Assembly: GCA_021768985.1 (NCBI GenBank)
Contig: JAETTR010000001.1
Coordinates: 1-45,548, forward strand
DNA from: Bacillota bacterium
GTDB taxonomy: Bacteria; Bacillota; Clostridia; Christensenellales; Borkfalkiaceae
Direction of reading: 5' to 3'
DNA length: 45,548 bases
Shown: one piece after another, positions 1 to 8,291 of the stretch
Position numbering within the stretch: position 1 is the first letter of the stretch
How the letters are laid out: every line of letters starts with the position of its first letter
Position numbers and translations under genes: made by a program
The notes under the pieces: model-generated
Told to the model about the DNA's origin: nothing
Database searches by the model: none
Seen by the model: only the letters and a program-made list of their open reading frames with translations

Positions 1-169
1 TGTACGCAACCAAAAAAGCGGCTCCGTCAAGATAATGATGTTCCGGTCCGTGAATATCGATAAATTCTTTATGCATTATCTCCCTTACAATGTCTATCGG
101 ATTGATAGAATTGCTTTTCGCGACTTCTTCTTTTATCAATTGATATTTGCTTTCAAGTGTGTAATCCAT
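1..169 (-). CDS. hypothetical protein, first 56 codons only (gene runs off the left edge)
   Basis: ATG at 169..167 lies 5 nt after GGAGGG. Translation is MDYTLESKYQLIKEEVAKSNSINPIDIVREIMHKEFIDIHGPEHHYLDGAAFLVAY. It starts 2 nt after the ArsR stop, so it is probably co-transcribed. Family not recognised. Confidence 0.5.
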   Translation of the reverse strand, partial: MDYTLESKYQLIKEEVAKSNSINPIDIVREIMHKEFIDIHGPEHHYLDGAAFLVAY

Positions 170-171
170 TT

Positions 172-459
172 TTACCCTCCGTTATTATTGCGGCATTTTG
201 TATTGCGCAAATAGTCGATCAACTCGTTCAGTTTTTTACAATTTATGGAATAGTAACTCCATTTCCACTCTTTTTCTGCGGTAACTATTCCGCATTCGCA
301 AAGCACTTTCATGTGATGGGATAACGTCGGCTGTGTAATATTCAAACTTTCAAGTATCTTACAGCCGCACAACCTGCCGTTCCGTAAAATCTCGAAAATT
401 CTCATTCGGGTATCGTCACCGAGCGCTTTTAGTATTCCCACGCATTCCAACGTATTCAT
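172..459 (-). CDS. ArsR/SmtB-family metalloregulatory transcriptional repressor
   Basis: Winged-HTH pattern LKALGDDTRMRIFEIL...LNITQPTLSHHMKVL. ATG at 459 is preceded by GAGAGG. The first 4 codons of the ORF-track entry begin at a TTG and are probably not translated. Confidence 0.8.
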   Translation of the reverse strand: MNTLECVGILKALGDDTRMRIFEILRNGRLCGCKILESLNITQPTLSHHMKVLCECGIVTAEKEWKWSYYSINCKKLNELIDYLRNTKCRNNNGG

Positions 460-487
460 AACGCCTCTCAAATTTATATTTATCTAT

Positions 488-516
488 ATTATACACATTA
501 CATAGATGATTGTCAA
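488..516 (-). promoter_or_regulatory. sigma-A type promoter for the arsR operon, bracketed by an inverted repeat
   Basis: Minus strand reads TTGACA (516..511), a 17-nt spacer, then TATAAT (493..488). ATCTAT/ATAGAT arms at 482..487 and 502..507 flank the -10 and may be the ArsR operator. Confidence 0.55.
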
Positions 517-544
517 TATAATAATCGAAATTTTATAAAAAAAT

Positions 545-578
545 CAAATAAAAATAAAACGCTCTCGTGCGAGAGCGT
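545..578 (-). terminator. rho-independent terminator after pdxK
   Basis: Hairpin ACGCTCTCG/CGAGAGCGT (559..578) is followed on the minus strand by a T-rich run (TTTTATTTTTATTT). Confidence 0.7.
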
Positions 579-587
579 CTTTCCCTT

Positions 588-1394
588 TTACTTATTTCTT
601 TTTAAAATCCGTTCGAAATTCACGCCGTAAAAATGGTCCTCGTCCGAATTCCGAATACAATCGGCAACAAACTCGGCGGCAAGATTACAGGAATTCCGGA
701 TTCCCTTTCCCGATAAATAATGAGCGGTAAACACCGAAGCGAATATATCGCCCGTGCCGTGCTTGTTTTGGGGCAAACGCTCGTGCAATAAAATTTCGCC
801 CTTTTCGCTCCCCGATATCACTTCGCCGATCTCCTGCCCGAATACGGCTCCCGTTATGACGATTTGGGCGTCCGTCAGCTTCGAAAGTTCTTTTCCGAGC
901 CGTTCGACGAACGCAAAATCGTAATCCTCCCGATACTCGACGCCCGTCAAAAAGCACGCTTCGGTCACGTTCGGCAATATGATATCCGCCCGCTTTAACA
1001 GCTTGCGCATTTCGTCCACGTAACGCGCGTCGAAACCCGCGTACAGCTTTCCGTTATCGCCGAGCACGGGATCGAGAATCACGACCGCGTCCTCCTCGGA
1101 AAACCGGTCGAAACACTCTTCGGCAACGCGCATCAGTTCGGGTTTGCCGAGATATCCGAGCAAGAATGCGCGAAAACGAAATCCGTTCTCTTCCCAACTA
1201 TTGAAAATATTCGCGATTTCGGCGGTCAGATCGAGATAACTCCACCCGCGAAACGCGGTATGATTGGACAGAACCGCCGTGGGCAATACGCAGGTTTCCA
1301 GCCCGTAAGCGGAAAGTATGGGCAAAGCGACCGTAAGGGAACACTGCCCCACGCAAGAAAGATCCTGCATCGTCAAAATTTTTTGATTCGCCAT
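588..1394 (-). CDS. pdxK: pyridoxal/pyridoxamine kinase (PdxK/PdxY family, ribokinase fold)
   Basis: 268 aa. N-terminus KILTMQDLSCVGQCSLTVALPILSA and C-terminal HGTGDIFAS anion-hole motif are typical of pyridoxamine kinases. GGAGCGG lies before the ATG. Confidence 0.8.
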   Translation of the reverse strand: MANQKILTMQDLSCVGQCSLTVALPILSAYGLETCVLPTAVLSNHTAFRGWSYLDLTAEIANIFNSWEENGFRFRAFLLGYLGKPELMRVAEECFDRFSEEDAVVILDPVLGDNGKLYAGFDARYVDEMRKLLKRADIILPNVTEACFLTGVEYREDYDFAFVERLGKELSKLTDAQIVITGAVFGQEIGEVISGSEKGEILLHERLPQNKHGTGDIFASVFTAHYLSGKGIRNSCNLAAEFVADCIRNSDEDHFYGVNFERILKRNK

Positions 1395-1402
1395 AACCGC
1401 TC

Positions 1403-2734
1403 CTATCTGATCGTCGCAAAATAACTTGCGTCGTTGAAATTCACCGTCGTTTCGGTCAGCTTCCCTTCGCGCGAAACCTTTAAGGTGAGCGTATCGCCGA
1501 ACCTCGCCTGCATCAGCAGATTGGACAGCTTATGCAGTCGGGTGAGCTGTACCGTTTGGGAATTCCCCGCGCGGTTGAGGGTGGCGGAAATCAGCGTGTC
1601 TCCCCGCTTCAAGCCCGCGGCGTTCGCGGCGGAGCGCATTTCGACCGTGTCGATCACCACCTTCTCCTCGATGAAATATTTTCCCGAGGATTCGTCGTAC
1701 ACGCCTTTACCCTCCTGCACCTTCATAGTGACGCCGAGCCGCGCGACGAGCGCGTTGCCGCCCGCGGAAGAATCATTGTCGATGATATTTCGGGCAAGCG
1801 GAATCGCAAGATTTGCGGGAATCGCGTAACCGAACGCCACGACGCCAGTCGATTCGCTCCGCGCGTTGACGATTCCAACGAGTCTGCCCGAAGCGTCGAA
1901 GAGCCCTCCGCCCGAGTTGCCGTGATTGACGGCGGCATCGGTGCGGATCTCTAACAGATTGATCTTGCCGTTGTTGTCCGCGCGGGTAATTTCGATCTGT
2001 TCCGCTTCCACCGAAACGATCCCGCCCGTGGCGGAAAATCCCTCGCCGTCGGGATTGCCGAGCGCGTACGCCCGCTGACCCACGGTCAGGGAATCGGAAT
2101 CGGCGATCTGCGCCGCCGTCGCATAGACGGGCTCCTCCGCCGTTTCGCGCAGGTATTCGCTGCCCGTCACCTTTAATACGGCGATATCGTACTCCATCGC
2201 CCCGCCGTAGAAAGAAGCGGAAAGCGTGCGGCCCGTGCCGCCGTACAGCCCGACGCGGAGATCCTTGCCGATGCCGAGCGTGCCGTAGCGACTGCTCACG
2301 CAATAAACCACGTGATAGTTGGTCACGATAAACGCGTCGCCCGAAGTTTTATCGAGGGAGATAATCACGCCCGAGCCGTAAGCGGTCTCCTGACGGTACA
2401 CGTTTTCGATCGCAACGACGGAGGTGAGCGCGCGGTTGATCCCCGCGGAATCGTCGGTGACGCCCGTGCCGAGCTCCTTTAAAAATTCGATATAGGAACC
2501 CGTATACCCCTCCTGCTTCGCCTCTTCGTAAAGGCGGTGTTCGCGGGTGCCCGCGTCGTACTGCGAAGCGAGCCACTCCGCCTCGGTGCCCGTAAAGCCA
2601 TCGGCGACCGCGCCGTCGTACGGATAATTGTTATCCGGTTTTTTTACCAGCAGATCGCACCCTGCAAAAGAGAAGACCATGCCGCCCGCCAACGCGACCG
2701 CAACCGCCGCGGCGAGAAATTTTTTCTTTTTCAT
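1403..2734 (-). CDS. HtrA/DegP-like trypsin-fold serine protease with C-terminal PDZ, lipoprotein
   Basis: Signal peptide with lipobox (MKKKKFLAAAVAVALAGGMVFSFAGC). Catalytic motifs TNYHVV and GNSGGGLFD are present. Start was moved to the ATG at 2734, which sits behind GAGGT. Confidence 0.8.
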   Translation of the reverse strand: MKKKKFLAAAVAVALAGGMVFSFAGCDLLVKKPDNNYPYDGAVADGFTGTEAEWLASQYDAGTREHRLYEEAKQEGYTGSYIEFLKELGTGVTDDSAGINRALTSVVAIENVYRQETAYGSGVIISLDKTSGDAFIVTNYHVVYCVSSRYGTLGIGKDLRVGLYGGTGRTLSASFYGGAMEYDIAVLKVTGSEYLRETAEEPVYATAAQIADSDSLTVGQRAYALGNPDGEGFSATGGIVSVEAEQIEITRADNNGKINLLEIRTDAAVNHGNSGGGLFDASGRLVGIVNARSESTGVVAFGYAIPANLAIPLARNIIDNDSSAGGNALVARLGVTMKVQEGKGVYDESSGKYFIEEKVVIDTVEMRSAANAAGLKRGDTLISATLNRAGNSQTVQLTRLHKLSNLLMQARFGDTLTLKVSREGKLTETTVNFNDASYFATIR

Positions 2735-2763
2735 AGCAATACCTCGTAAGTATTTCATTGATT

Positions 2764-2792
2764 ATTATATCACACGAAAATAATTTTTTCAA
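2764..2792 (-). promoter_or_regulatory. sigma-A type promoter for htrA-pdxK
   Basis: Minus strand reads TTGAAA (2792..2787), a 17-nt spacer ending in TGTGA, then TATAAT (2769..2764). Confidence 0.55.
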
Positions 2793-2911
2793 CCGAATGC
2801 GCGGTAGTTCTCTTATTATAATATCGATACGCCCGCGAGCAAAGGCGCGACTTTGCGCTGCGGAACACAATTTGCCGCACGTTTATTTCTTAATTCGTGA
2901 ACTACATTTTG

Positions 2912-2951
2912 CAAACAAGGAAAGAGCGGAAGAGCATTCGCTCTTCCGCTC
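2912..2951 (-). terminator. rho-independent terminator ending the rubrerythrin transcription unit
   Basis: 12-bp stem GAGCGGAAGAGC/GCTCTTCCGCTC (2924..2951) with a 4-nt loop. It is followed on the minus strand by TTTCCTTGTTTG. Confidence 0.65.
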
Positions 2952-2964
2952 CCCGCAAATTCTT

Positions 2965-3099
2965 TTAAAGATCGTCGGCGTCCTGAACGGGCTTTTCGTA
3001 AATATCATCCGTATTCACACCCGTGTAACTGCCGAGCGAATCCTCTTGCGATTGCATGTCCGCGCCCTTTTTCAAAGCGCGTTTTTTGCTTTTTGGCAT
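2965..3099 (-). CDS. small ORF, 44 aa, basic N-terminus and acidic C-terminus (below the ORF-track cutoff)
   Basis: MPKSKKRALKKGADMQSQEDSLGSYTGVNTDDIYEKPVQDADDL. The ATG begins 1 nt after the stop of the preceding micro-ORF (TAACATG). It ends 13 nt before the terminator hairpin. Confidence 0.45.
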   Translation of the reverse strand: MPKSKKRALKKGADMQSQEDSLGSYTGVNTDDIYEKPVQDADDL

Positions 3100-3100
3100 G

Positions 3101-3196
3101 TTATTTGCAATCCTTGGTAGCCTTGGCGTTCTTCACGTTCGCGCCGTTCTGCTTGTTCTTTGCGTTGTTGTTTGCCTTTTCGTTCGTCTTTTTCAT
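3101..3196 (-). CDS. small ORF, 31 aa, Lys/Asn-rich (below the ORF-track cutoff)
   Basis: MKKTNEKANNNAKNKQNGANVKNAKATKDCK. The ATG overlaps the rubrerythrin TGA (ATGA at 3196..3193). AAGGAG lies 6 nt upstream. Confidence 0.45.
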   Translation of the reverse strand: MKKTNEKANNNAKNKQNGANVKNAKATKDCK

Positions 3197-3789
3197 AAAT
3201 TCTCCTTTTTAAAGGGAAGATGCAACTCGATTTCGCCTTGTTTCGCGCCGCATAACGGGCAGACCTTGAACGCTTCTTTCGAAGTGTGCATAAATCCGCA
3301 TTCCCCGCAAATCCACAGCATGGGGCGATCCATGTGATAGAGGGAGCCGTCCTTGAACGCCTCGTAGAGATATTCGAAGATGATCTGATGATTTGCTTCC
3401 ACCCTCGCCGTCTGTTCGAATTTGAGCGCGATTTGCTCAAACCCCTCTTCCCGTGCAATTTTCGCGAATCCCGGATACACGCTCTCCGCTTCGCTCCGCT
3501 CGTCGATTGCCGCAAATTTCAGGTTGTCTGCAAGCGATCCCGCATGAAAAGGATAGTTGGCGTCGATATGAATATCGTCCTGACTACCCGCGTTTTTGAG
3601 AATCGTCTCGAAGAAAACCCGCGCGTGATTGGTTTCGTTCTTCGCAATCGTACGGATCGTATTCGCCAAAGCTTCGTACCCTTCGTTCATTGCCGCCTTT
3701 GCCGTAAGTTGATACCGCATGCCCGCCTGACATTCCCCCGCAAATCCTCTTGCAAGGTTATAGTAGGTCTGCGTCTTGGTAAAATCCAT
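3193..3789 (-). CDS. rbr: rubrerythrin (diiron ferritin-like domain plus C-terminal rubredoxin-like CxxC...CxxC)
   Basis: MDFTKTQTYYNLARGFAGECQAGMRYQ... with a C-terminal CGECGF...CPLCG. The ATG at 3789 follows GGGAGGAAGG. Confidence 0.9.
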   Translation of the reverse strand: MDFTKTQTYYNLARGFAGECQAGMRYQLTAKAAMNEGYEALANTIRTIAKNETNHARVFFETILKNAGSQDDIHIDANYPFHAGSLADNLKFAAIDERSEAESVYPGFAKIAREEGFEQIALKFEQTARVEANHQIIFEYLYEAFKDGSLYHMDRPMLWICGECGFMHTSKEAFKVCPLCGAKQGEIELHLPFKKENL

Positions 3790-3904
3790 GTTCCTTCCTC
3801 CCTTCACCGATATTGTGGACGGTTTTTCCGCCCGCTATACCGAAAACGGAAAGGAAACTTTTGGAATCGCCTTTTTTTGCCCGAACCGAAGGCGCGCCGG
3901 CGGT

Positions 3905-5071
3905 TTAAAAGCTCGCTTTGAGTACGGCGCGGATATCGTTTTCGTCCATGACCTTATAGCCGCCGTCCATCACGAGCGTGCTCTTCACGATCCCTTCGAG
4001 CAGATCGGGCGACGTGCCGAGATCGGTGAGATTCATCACGAGCCCGAGCTTCTTCATCCACGCTTCCATTGCGCTCAATCCCTCGTAAGCGGTCTGCGCG
4101 GGCGTTTTCCCCGCAGGATCCACATTCCACACGTTCACGGCGTATCGGGCGAATTTCTGCACGCCGTAGGGCAGAATATAGCGGTAATAGGGCATGGAGA
4201 CGGCGGAAAGCGTCATGCCGTGGGTCGCGTCGGTATACGCCGCGACCGCCTGACCGAGCATGTGCACCATCCAGTCGGTGTCCTTCCCCTTCGCGACCAA
4301 AGTGTTCAACGCCCAGGTCGCCGTCCACATGATATTCGAGCGCGCCTCGTAGTCGGCGGGATTTTGAACGGCGATCTCCGCGCTGTGAATCAGGGAACGG
4401 AGCAATCCCTCCATGATATAGTCGCTCGTGTTGTCGTCCTCGCCCGAAAAATACTGTTCGAGTATATGCGACATGATATCGTAGATACCCGAAATCATCT
4501 GATACCGCGGCACGGTAAAGGTGAATTCGGGATTAAGCACCGCAAACTTAGGCAGCACCTCTTCGCCGAACACGTGCCCGATTTTCAGCTTTTGCGCGTG
4601 ATTGGTAATCACCGAACCGCCGTTCATTTCACTCCCCGTACCGACCATCGTGAGCACGCACCCGACGGGCACGATCGGACAAGTCGGCTCTTCGAAGCGA
4701 ATGAAATATTTCTCCCACGGATCGTCGTCGCAGTGCACGGAAACGGACACCGCTTTCGCGTAGTCGCAGGTCGAACCGCCGCCCACGGCGAGAATGAGAT
4801 CGGCTTTCGCCGCCCGCGCGCGGGCGACTCCCTCGGCGAGCTTCTCCGTAGTCGGGTTGGGCATGACCCCGCCGTCCTCGAAGATCTCCTTTCCGCACGC
4901 CTTTAAAATCGCGACGACCTGATCGTAAATACCGTTCTTTTTGATCGAACCGCCGCCGTAAACGAGCAACACGTTTTTACCGTACTTGGGCAGTTCCTCT
5001 TTCAAGCCGTCCAACGCGTCTTTGCCGAAATAAAGCTTCGTCGGGTTGCAATAAGTAAAATTACCGAGCAT
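3905..5071 (-). CDS. iron-containing (class III) alcohol dehydrogenase, butanol-dehydrogenase/YqhD-like
   Basis: 388 aa. N-terminus NFTYCNPTKLYFGKDAL...VLLVYGGGSIKKNG and conserved His-rich metal-site region. GAAGGAGG lies before the ATG. Confidence 0.85.
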   Translation of the reverse strand: MLGNFTYCNPTKLYFGKDALDGLKEELPKYGKNVLLVYGGGSIKKNGIYDQVVAILKACGKEIFEDGGVMPNPTTEKLAEGVARARAAKADLILAVGGGSTCDYAKAVSVSVHCDDDPWEKYFIRFEEPTCPIVPVGCVLTMVGTGSEMNGGSVITNHAQKLKIGHVFGEEVLPKFAVLNPEFTFTVPRYQMISGIYDIMSHILEQYFSGEDDNTSDYIMEGLLRSLIHSAEIAVQNPADYEARSNIMWTATWALNTLVAKGKDTDWMVHMLGQAVAAYTDATHGMTLSAVSMPYYRYILPYGVQKFARYAVNVWNVDPAGKTPAQTAYEGLSAMEAWMKKLGLVMNLTDLGTSPDLLEGIVKSTLVMDGGYKVMDENDIRAVLKASF

Positions 5072-5092
5072 AATGATTCCTCCTTCAAATGT

Positions 5093-5713
5093 TTATCGGA
5101 TAAAGTTGGTACGGACGGTCTTTTCGCACTGCGGCGGCAACACGCCCGCTTCCCTGCCCGCGCGAATGCATTTTAAAATCCACGCCATGTTTTTGCCGAG
5201 ATTACGCATGGTCTGCATCCCCTCTTCGTCGCGCACGACCTCCTCGGGCGAACTACCGTGCACCATGTTCCAATAGGTGGACGATACGATCGGCATCTGC
5301 GAAATGGACAAATGCTTGGAAATCGCGTCGAGCGAGGCGGTCGTTCCCGCGCGCCGCGCCGAAGCGACGACCGCCGCAGGCTTCTGCGCGAACGCGCTCC
5401 CGCCCGCGTAGAACATTCTGTCCATTGCCGAAAGAACTCTTCCCGTCGGGTGCGCGAAATACACGGGCGTGCCGAACACGAACCCGTCCGCCGATTTCGC
5501 CCGTTCGATCCACCCGTTCACTTCGTCATCGAACACGCACCTGCCCGTCTTTGCGCAAGCGCGGCAGCCGATACAGTCCTGCACGGGCTTGGCGCCGATC
5601 TGTACGATTTCCGTTTCGATCCCCTCTTCCGAAAGAATGCGCGCGACCTCGGAAAGCGCGGTAAACGTACAGCCCTGCGCCCGCGGACTGCCGTTGAACA
5701 GCAACACCTTCAT
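5093..5713 (-). CDS. flavodoxin-fold NAD(P)H-dependent FMN reductase / iron-sulfur flavoprotein-like
   Basis: MKVLLFNGSPRAQGCT... with a CIGCRAC cysteine cluster. The ATG at 5713 overlaps the upstream TGA (ATGA). The first 43 codons in the ORF track are discarded because they overlap the upstream gene. Confidence 0.75.
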   Translation of the reverse strand: MKVLLFNGSPRAQGCTFTALSEVARILSEEGIETEIVQIGAKPVQDCIGCRACAKTGRCVFDDEVNGWIERAKSADGFVFGTPVYFAHPTGRVLSAMDRMFYAGGSAFAQKPAAVVASARRAGTTASLDAISKHLSISQMPIVSSTYWNMVHGSSPEEVVRDEEGMQTMRNLGKNMAWILKCIRAGREAGVLPPQCEKTVRTNFIR

Positions 5714-6456
5714 TTCGTTTCCTCCCCGAGCGCAAAATATTCTTCGTCCGTTACCGCCTCGCACCATTCGGTGGAAGTTCCCTCGCCGGGCGCTTCCACG
5801 GCGATATGCGAAAACCAACCGTCCTTTTGCGCGCCGTGCCAATGCTTGACGCCCGCGGGAATGACGACGACGTCACCCTCGGACAGCGCCCGCGCCGGCT
5901 TGCCCCATTCCCGATACCAGCCCCGCCCCGAGACGCAAAGCAGAATTTGTCCGCCGCCCCGCTCCGCCTTGTGAATATGCCAGTGGTTGCGGCAAGCGGG
6001 CTCGAACGTGACGTTCGCCATGAACACCGTTTGCTTGGGATCGGTGAGCGGCTTTAAATAGGAATTGCCGGTGAAATATTTCGCAAACGCCGTATTCGGT
6101 TCTCCGCGTCCGAACATGCCGCCGCCTTCGGGCTCGTCCTCTGCGAATACTTCCTTTGCGACGCGGAACGCCGCCCAGGCGTTCGGCCAGCCCGCGTAAA
6201 ACGCGAGGTGCGTGAGAATCGCCGCGATTTCGCGCTTGGTCACGCCGTTCTTTTTCGCAAACTCTAAATGGTGACGGAACGAAGTATCCACCAATCCCTT
6301 GGATACGAGCGCGCACACCGTCACGATCGACCGCGTTTTTTGCGGCAACCCGTCTCCCGACCACACCTCTCCGAAGAGCACGTCGTCGTTGAGCGCCGCA
6401 AATTGCGGTGCGAATTCGCCGAGCGAATCCCGCCCCGCCGTCTGTTTGATTTTCAT
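5710..6456 (-). CDS. fusion protein: carboxymuconolactone decarboxylase (AhpD-like) domain plus cupin domain
   Basis: The N-terminal half (LPQKTRSIVTVCALVSKG...THLAFYAGWPNAW) is CMD-like. The C-terminal half (HWHIH...GDVVVIPAGVKHWHGA) is a cupin. The ATG at 6456 follows GAGGAGGAAAGG. Confidence 0.75.
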   Translation of the reverse strand: MKIKQTAGRDSLGEFAPQFAALNDDVLFGEVWSGDGLPQKTRSIVTVCALVSKGLVDTSFRHHLEFAKKNGVTKREIAAILTHLAFYAGWPNAWAAFRVAKEVFAEDEPEGGGMFGRGEPNTAFAKYFTGNSYLKPLTDPKQTVFMANVTFEPACRNHWHIHKAERGGGQILLCVSGRGWYREWGKPARALSEGDVVVIPAGVKHWHGAQKDGWFSHIAVEAPGEGTSTEWCEAVTDEEYFALGEETK

Positions 6457-6477
6457 TTCCTTTCCTCCTCTGTCTGT

Positions 6478-6506
6478 ATTATACCGCAAAACAACCGCGA
6501 TAGCAA
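6478..6506 (-). promoter_or_regulatory. sigma-A type promoter for the CMD-cupin/flavoprotein/ADH cluster
   Basis: Minus strand reads TTGCTA (6506..6501), a 17-nt spacer, then TATAAT (6483..6478). A GTTGA-N11-TCAAC inverted repeat lies about 20-40 nt upstream of the -35. Confidence 0.5.
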
Positions 6507-6602
6507 CCCTTGATTTTTATCGTTGACGAAAACAGTATCAACCAATCTTTCATAAATTGATTGTACCATATCGCGGAAGTAAAATCAAACGTTCCACGCA
6601 AT

Positions 6603-6635
6603 AAAAGAGACGGGTTCGTTCGACCCGTCTCTTTT
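6603..6635 (-). terminator. rho-independent terminator after the ClC gene (symmetrical A/T flanks)
   Basis: AAAAGAGACGGGT / ACCCGTCTCTTTT stem with a 7-nt loop. U-tracts are possible on both strands. Confidence 0.75.
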
Positions 6636-6668
6636 ATATTTCTTGAAAGCCGTACGGTTTTGCCGCCG

Positions 6669-8279
6669 TCATTCCTCCGTCTTTTCGACGAGCTCGCCCA
6701 CCGTAGTCTTCAGAATGCCGAGATAGTCCTCTTCGTCGGCGGTTTCGCCCACTACGGTCAGGATATCCCCCTCGCGCAGGTCGCTGTTGCCGTCGGGCGC
6801 GATCGTCTTGCCGTTGTGTTCGAGTTCGGTGATCCGCGCGCCCGCGGGCCAGAGCACGTCGCGCACGGTCCGCCCCGCCGCGATGCTCCCCGCAAGCACC
6901 CTTAACCGCACGGTCAGTCTGCGCTTCACCTCGCCCTCGTTGCGCTCTTCCAGAATGTCGTCGAGCAGCTTGTCGTACAGCGGTTCGGTGCGGAACAAAA
7001 ATCCGATAATGTAGCCCGTCGCCACGCCGAGAATGGCAGGCAACAGGAAGGTGAAATTCCACGTCAGCTCGACGACCATCACGATTCCCGTGATCGGCGC
7101 CTTTACGACGGTGGTAAAGAACACCGACATACAGATCATGATCAGCGCGTCGGCGTACGCGGGGTTCATGCCCGCCTGCACGCACACGAGATTCAAAAGT
7201 CCGCCCAAGCCCGCGCCCACGGCAAGCATGGGAATGAAGATTCCGCAGGGCACCCCCGCGCCCACATTCAGCGCGGTCGCTATGATTTTCAGAACGACCA
7301 CGATGAGCAGCGTCGCCCAAAGCGGAGAGGAAAAGACCCGCTCGAGCCCCTCCGCGCCGCTCCCGAGGGAGGCGATAAACGCGTGCCCGCCGCCGACCGC
7401 GTGCACGGTAATCAGCCCGAACGCGCCCGCCGCAAGAAAGGGTACGAGCATTTTGCCGATCCCCTTCCAAAAGGTGATCTTCCGAAACATGCGCTTGGAG
7501 AAAAACAGCAGAAAATAAAATCCGACCGCCACGAGCGAACAGACGAGCGAAGCGAACAGCACGTACAGATAGAACGTGAAATCGGCGGGATCGACCGCAA
7601 ACCCGAAGGTGAAAAACACCGCGTCTACGGAGAACCCCATGAGCGGGCGCAACAGGTTGCGGGTGAGCACCGCGACGATGACCGAAGAAAAGGCGCAAAT
7701 GAACACTTCGGGCGTGAAGCGTTTATGCGCTTCCTCGAAGGCGAACGCCATGCCCGTAAGCGGCGCGTTGAAAGCGACGGCGAGCCCCGCGCACGCCCCG
7801 CCCGTGATCTGATACCGCCGCACCATCGCGTTGCGCTTCAACAGATCGCTCGTGCCGTAGCCGCACGCGCCGCCGATCGTAAGGCTCGGTCCCTCGCTCC
7901 CCGCCGAAAGTCCCATGAAGATGGTAAACAGCGAAGCCGCGAAGGTGGCGGGCAGAACCTGCCACCACTTGTAATGAATGAGTCCGCGGGTCGCCCCTTC
8001 CGTCTGCGGAATTCCGCTTCCGCGGATGAGCGGCATGAATTTCAGAATCCCGCCGATCACCACTGAGCCGAGCGCAAGCGCCAGAAACAGAAGCGGAACG
8101 AACGCGGGATTGTCGCGGAAGAAGCCGTAATAGCCGCTCGCGAATTCCTCCGTCATGGAAGCGAGCAGATTATACAGCGTCACCACGACGCCCGCGAACA
8201 GACCCGTCAGCCCGCCTACGAGCACGATCTGCACGCTCCCGCCCGCTTTATTGCCGATTTTTTTGAAGAACGCTTTCAT
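6669..8279 (-). CDS. ClC-family chloride channel / H+:Cl- antiporter with C-terminal TrkA-C (RCK-C) domain
   Basis: 536 aa and polytopic. ClC selectivity motifs GSGIPQ and GSEGPS are present. The C-terminal part, GDILTVVG etc., is TrkA-C-like. Confidence 0.85.
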   Translation of the reverse strand: MKAFFKKIGNKAGGSVQIVLVGGLTGLFAGVVVTLYNLLASMTEEFASGYYGFFRDNPAFVPLLFLALALGSVVIGGILKFMPLIRGSGIPQTEGATRGLIHYKWWQVLPATFAASLFTIFMGLSAGSEGPSLTIGGACGYGTSDLLKRNAMVRRYQITGGACAGLAVAFNAPLTGMAFAFEEAHKRFTPEVFICAFSSVIVAVLTRNLLRPLMGFSVDAVFFTFGFAVDPADFTFYLYVLFASLVCSLVAVGFYFLLFFSKRMFRKITFWKGIGKMLVPFLAAGAFGLITVHAVGGGHAFIASLGSGAEGLERVFSSPLWATLLIVVVLKIIATALNVGAGVPCGIFIPMLAVGAGLGGLLNLVCVQAGMNPAYADALIMICMSVFFTTVVKAPITGIVMVVELTWNFTFLLPAILGVATGYIIGFLFRTEPLYDKLLDDILEERNEGEVKRRLTVRLRVLAGSIAAGRTVRDVLWPAGARITELEHNGKTIAPDGNSDLREGDILTVVGETADEEDYLGILKTTVGELVEKTEE

Positions 8280-8291
8280 TTCGTCATCCCG

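Noticed and set aside
3776-4906. 376-aa plus-strand ORF opposite the alcohol dehydrogenase, plus similar ORFs at 5258..5974, 7383..8066, 14087..15133, 35918..36784 and 43138..44121
   Set aside because: Each is antisense to, or out of frame with, a gene that has clear family motifs. All have His/Arg/Gly-rich shadow-frame composition.
8280-8291. Fluoride (crcB-motif) riboswitch upstream of the ClC gene
   Set aside because: Only 12 nt separate ClC from the preceding ABC gene, so there is no room for a leader RNA.
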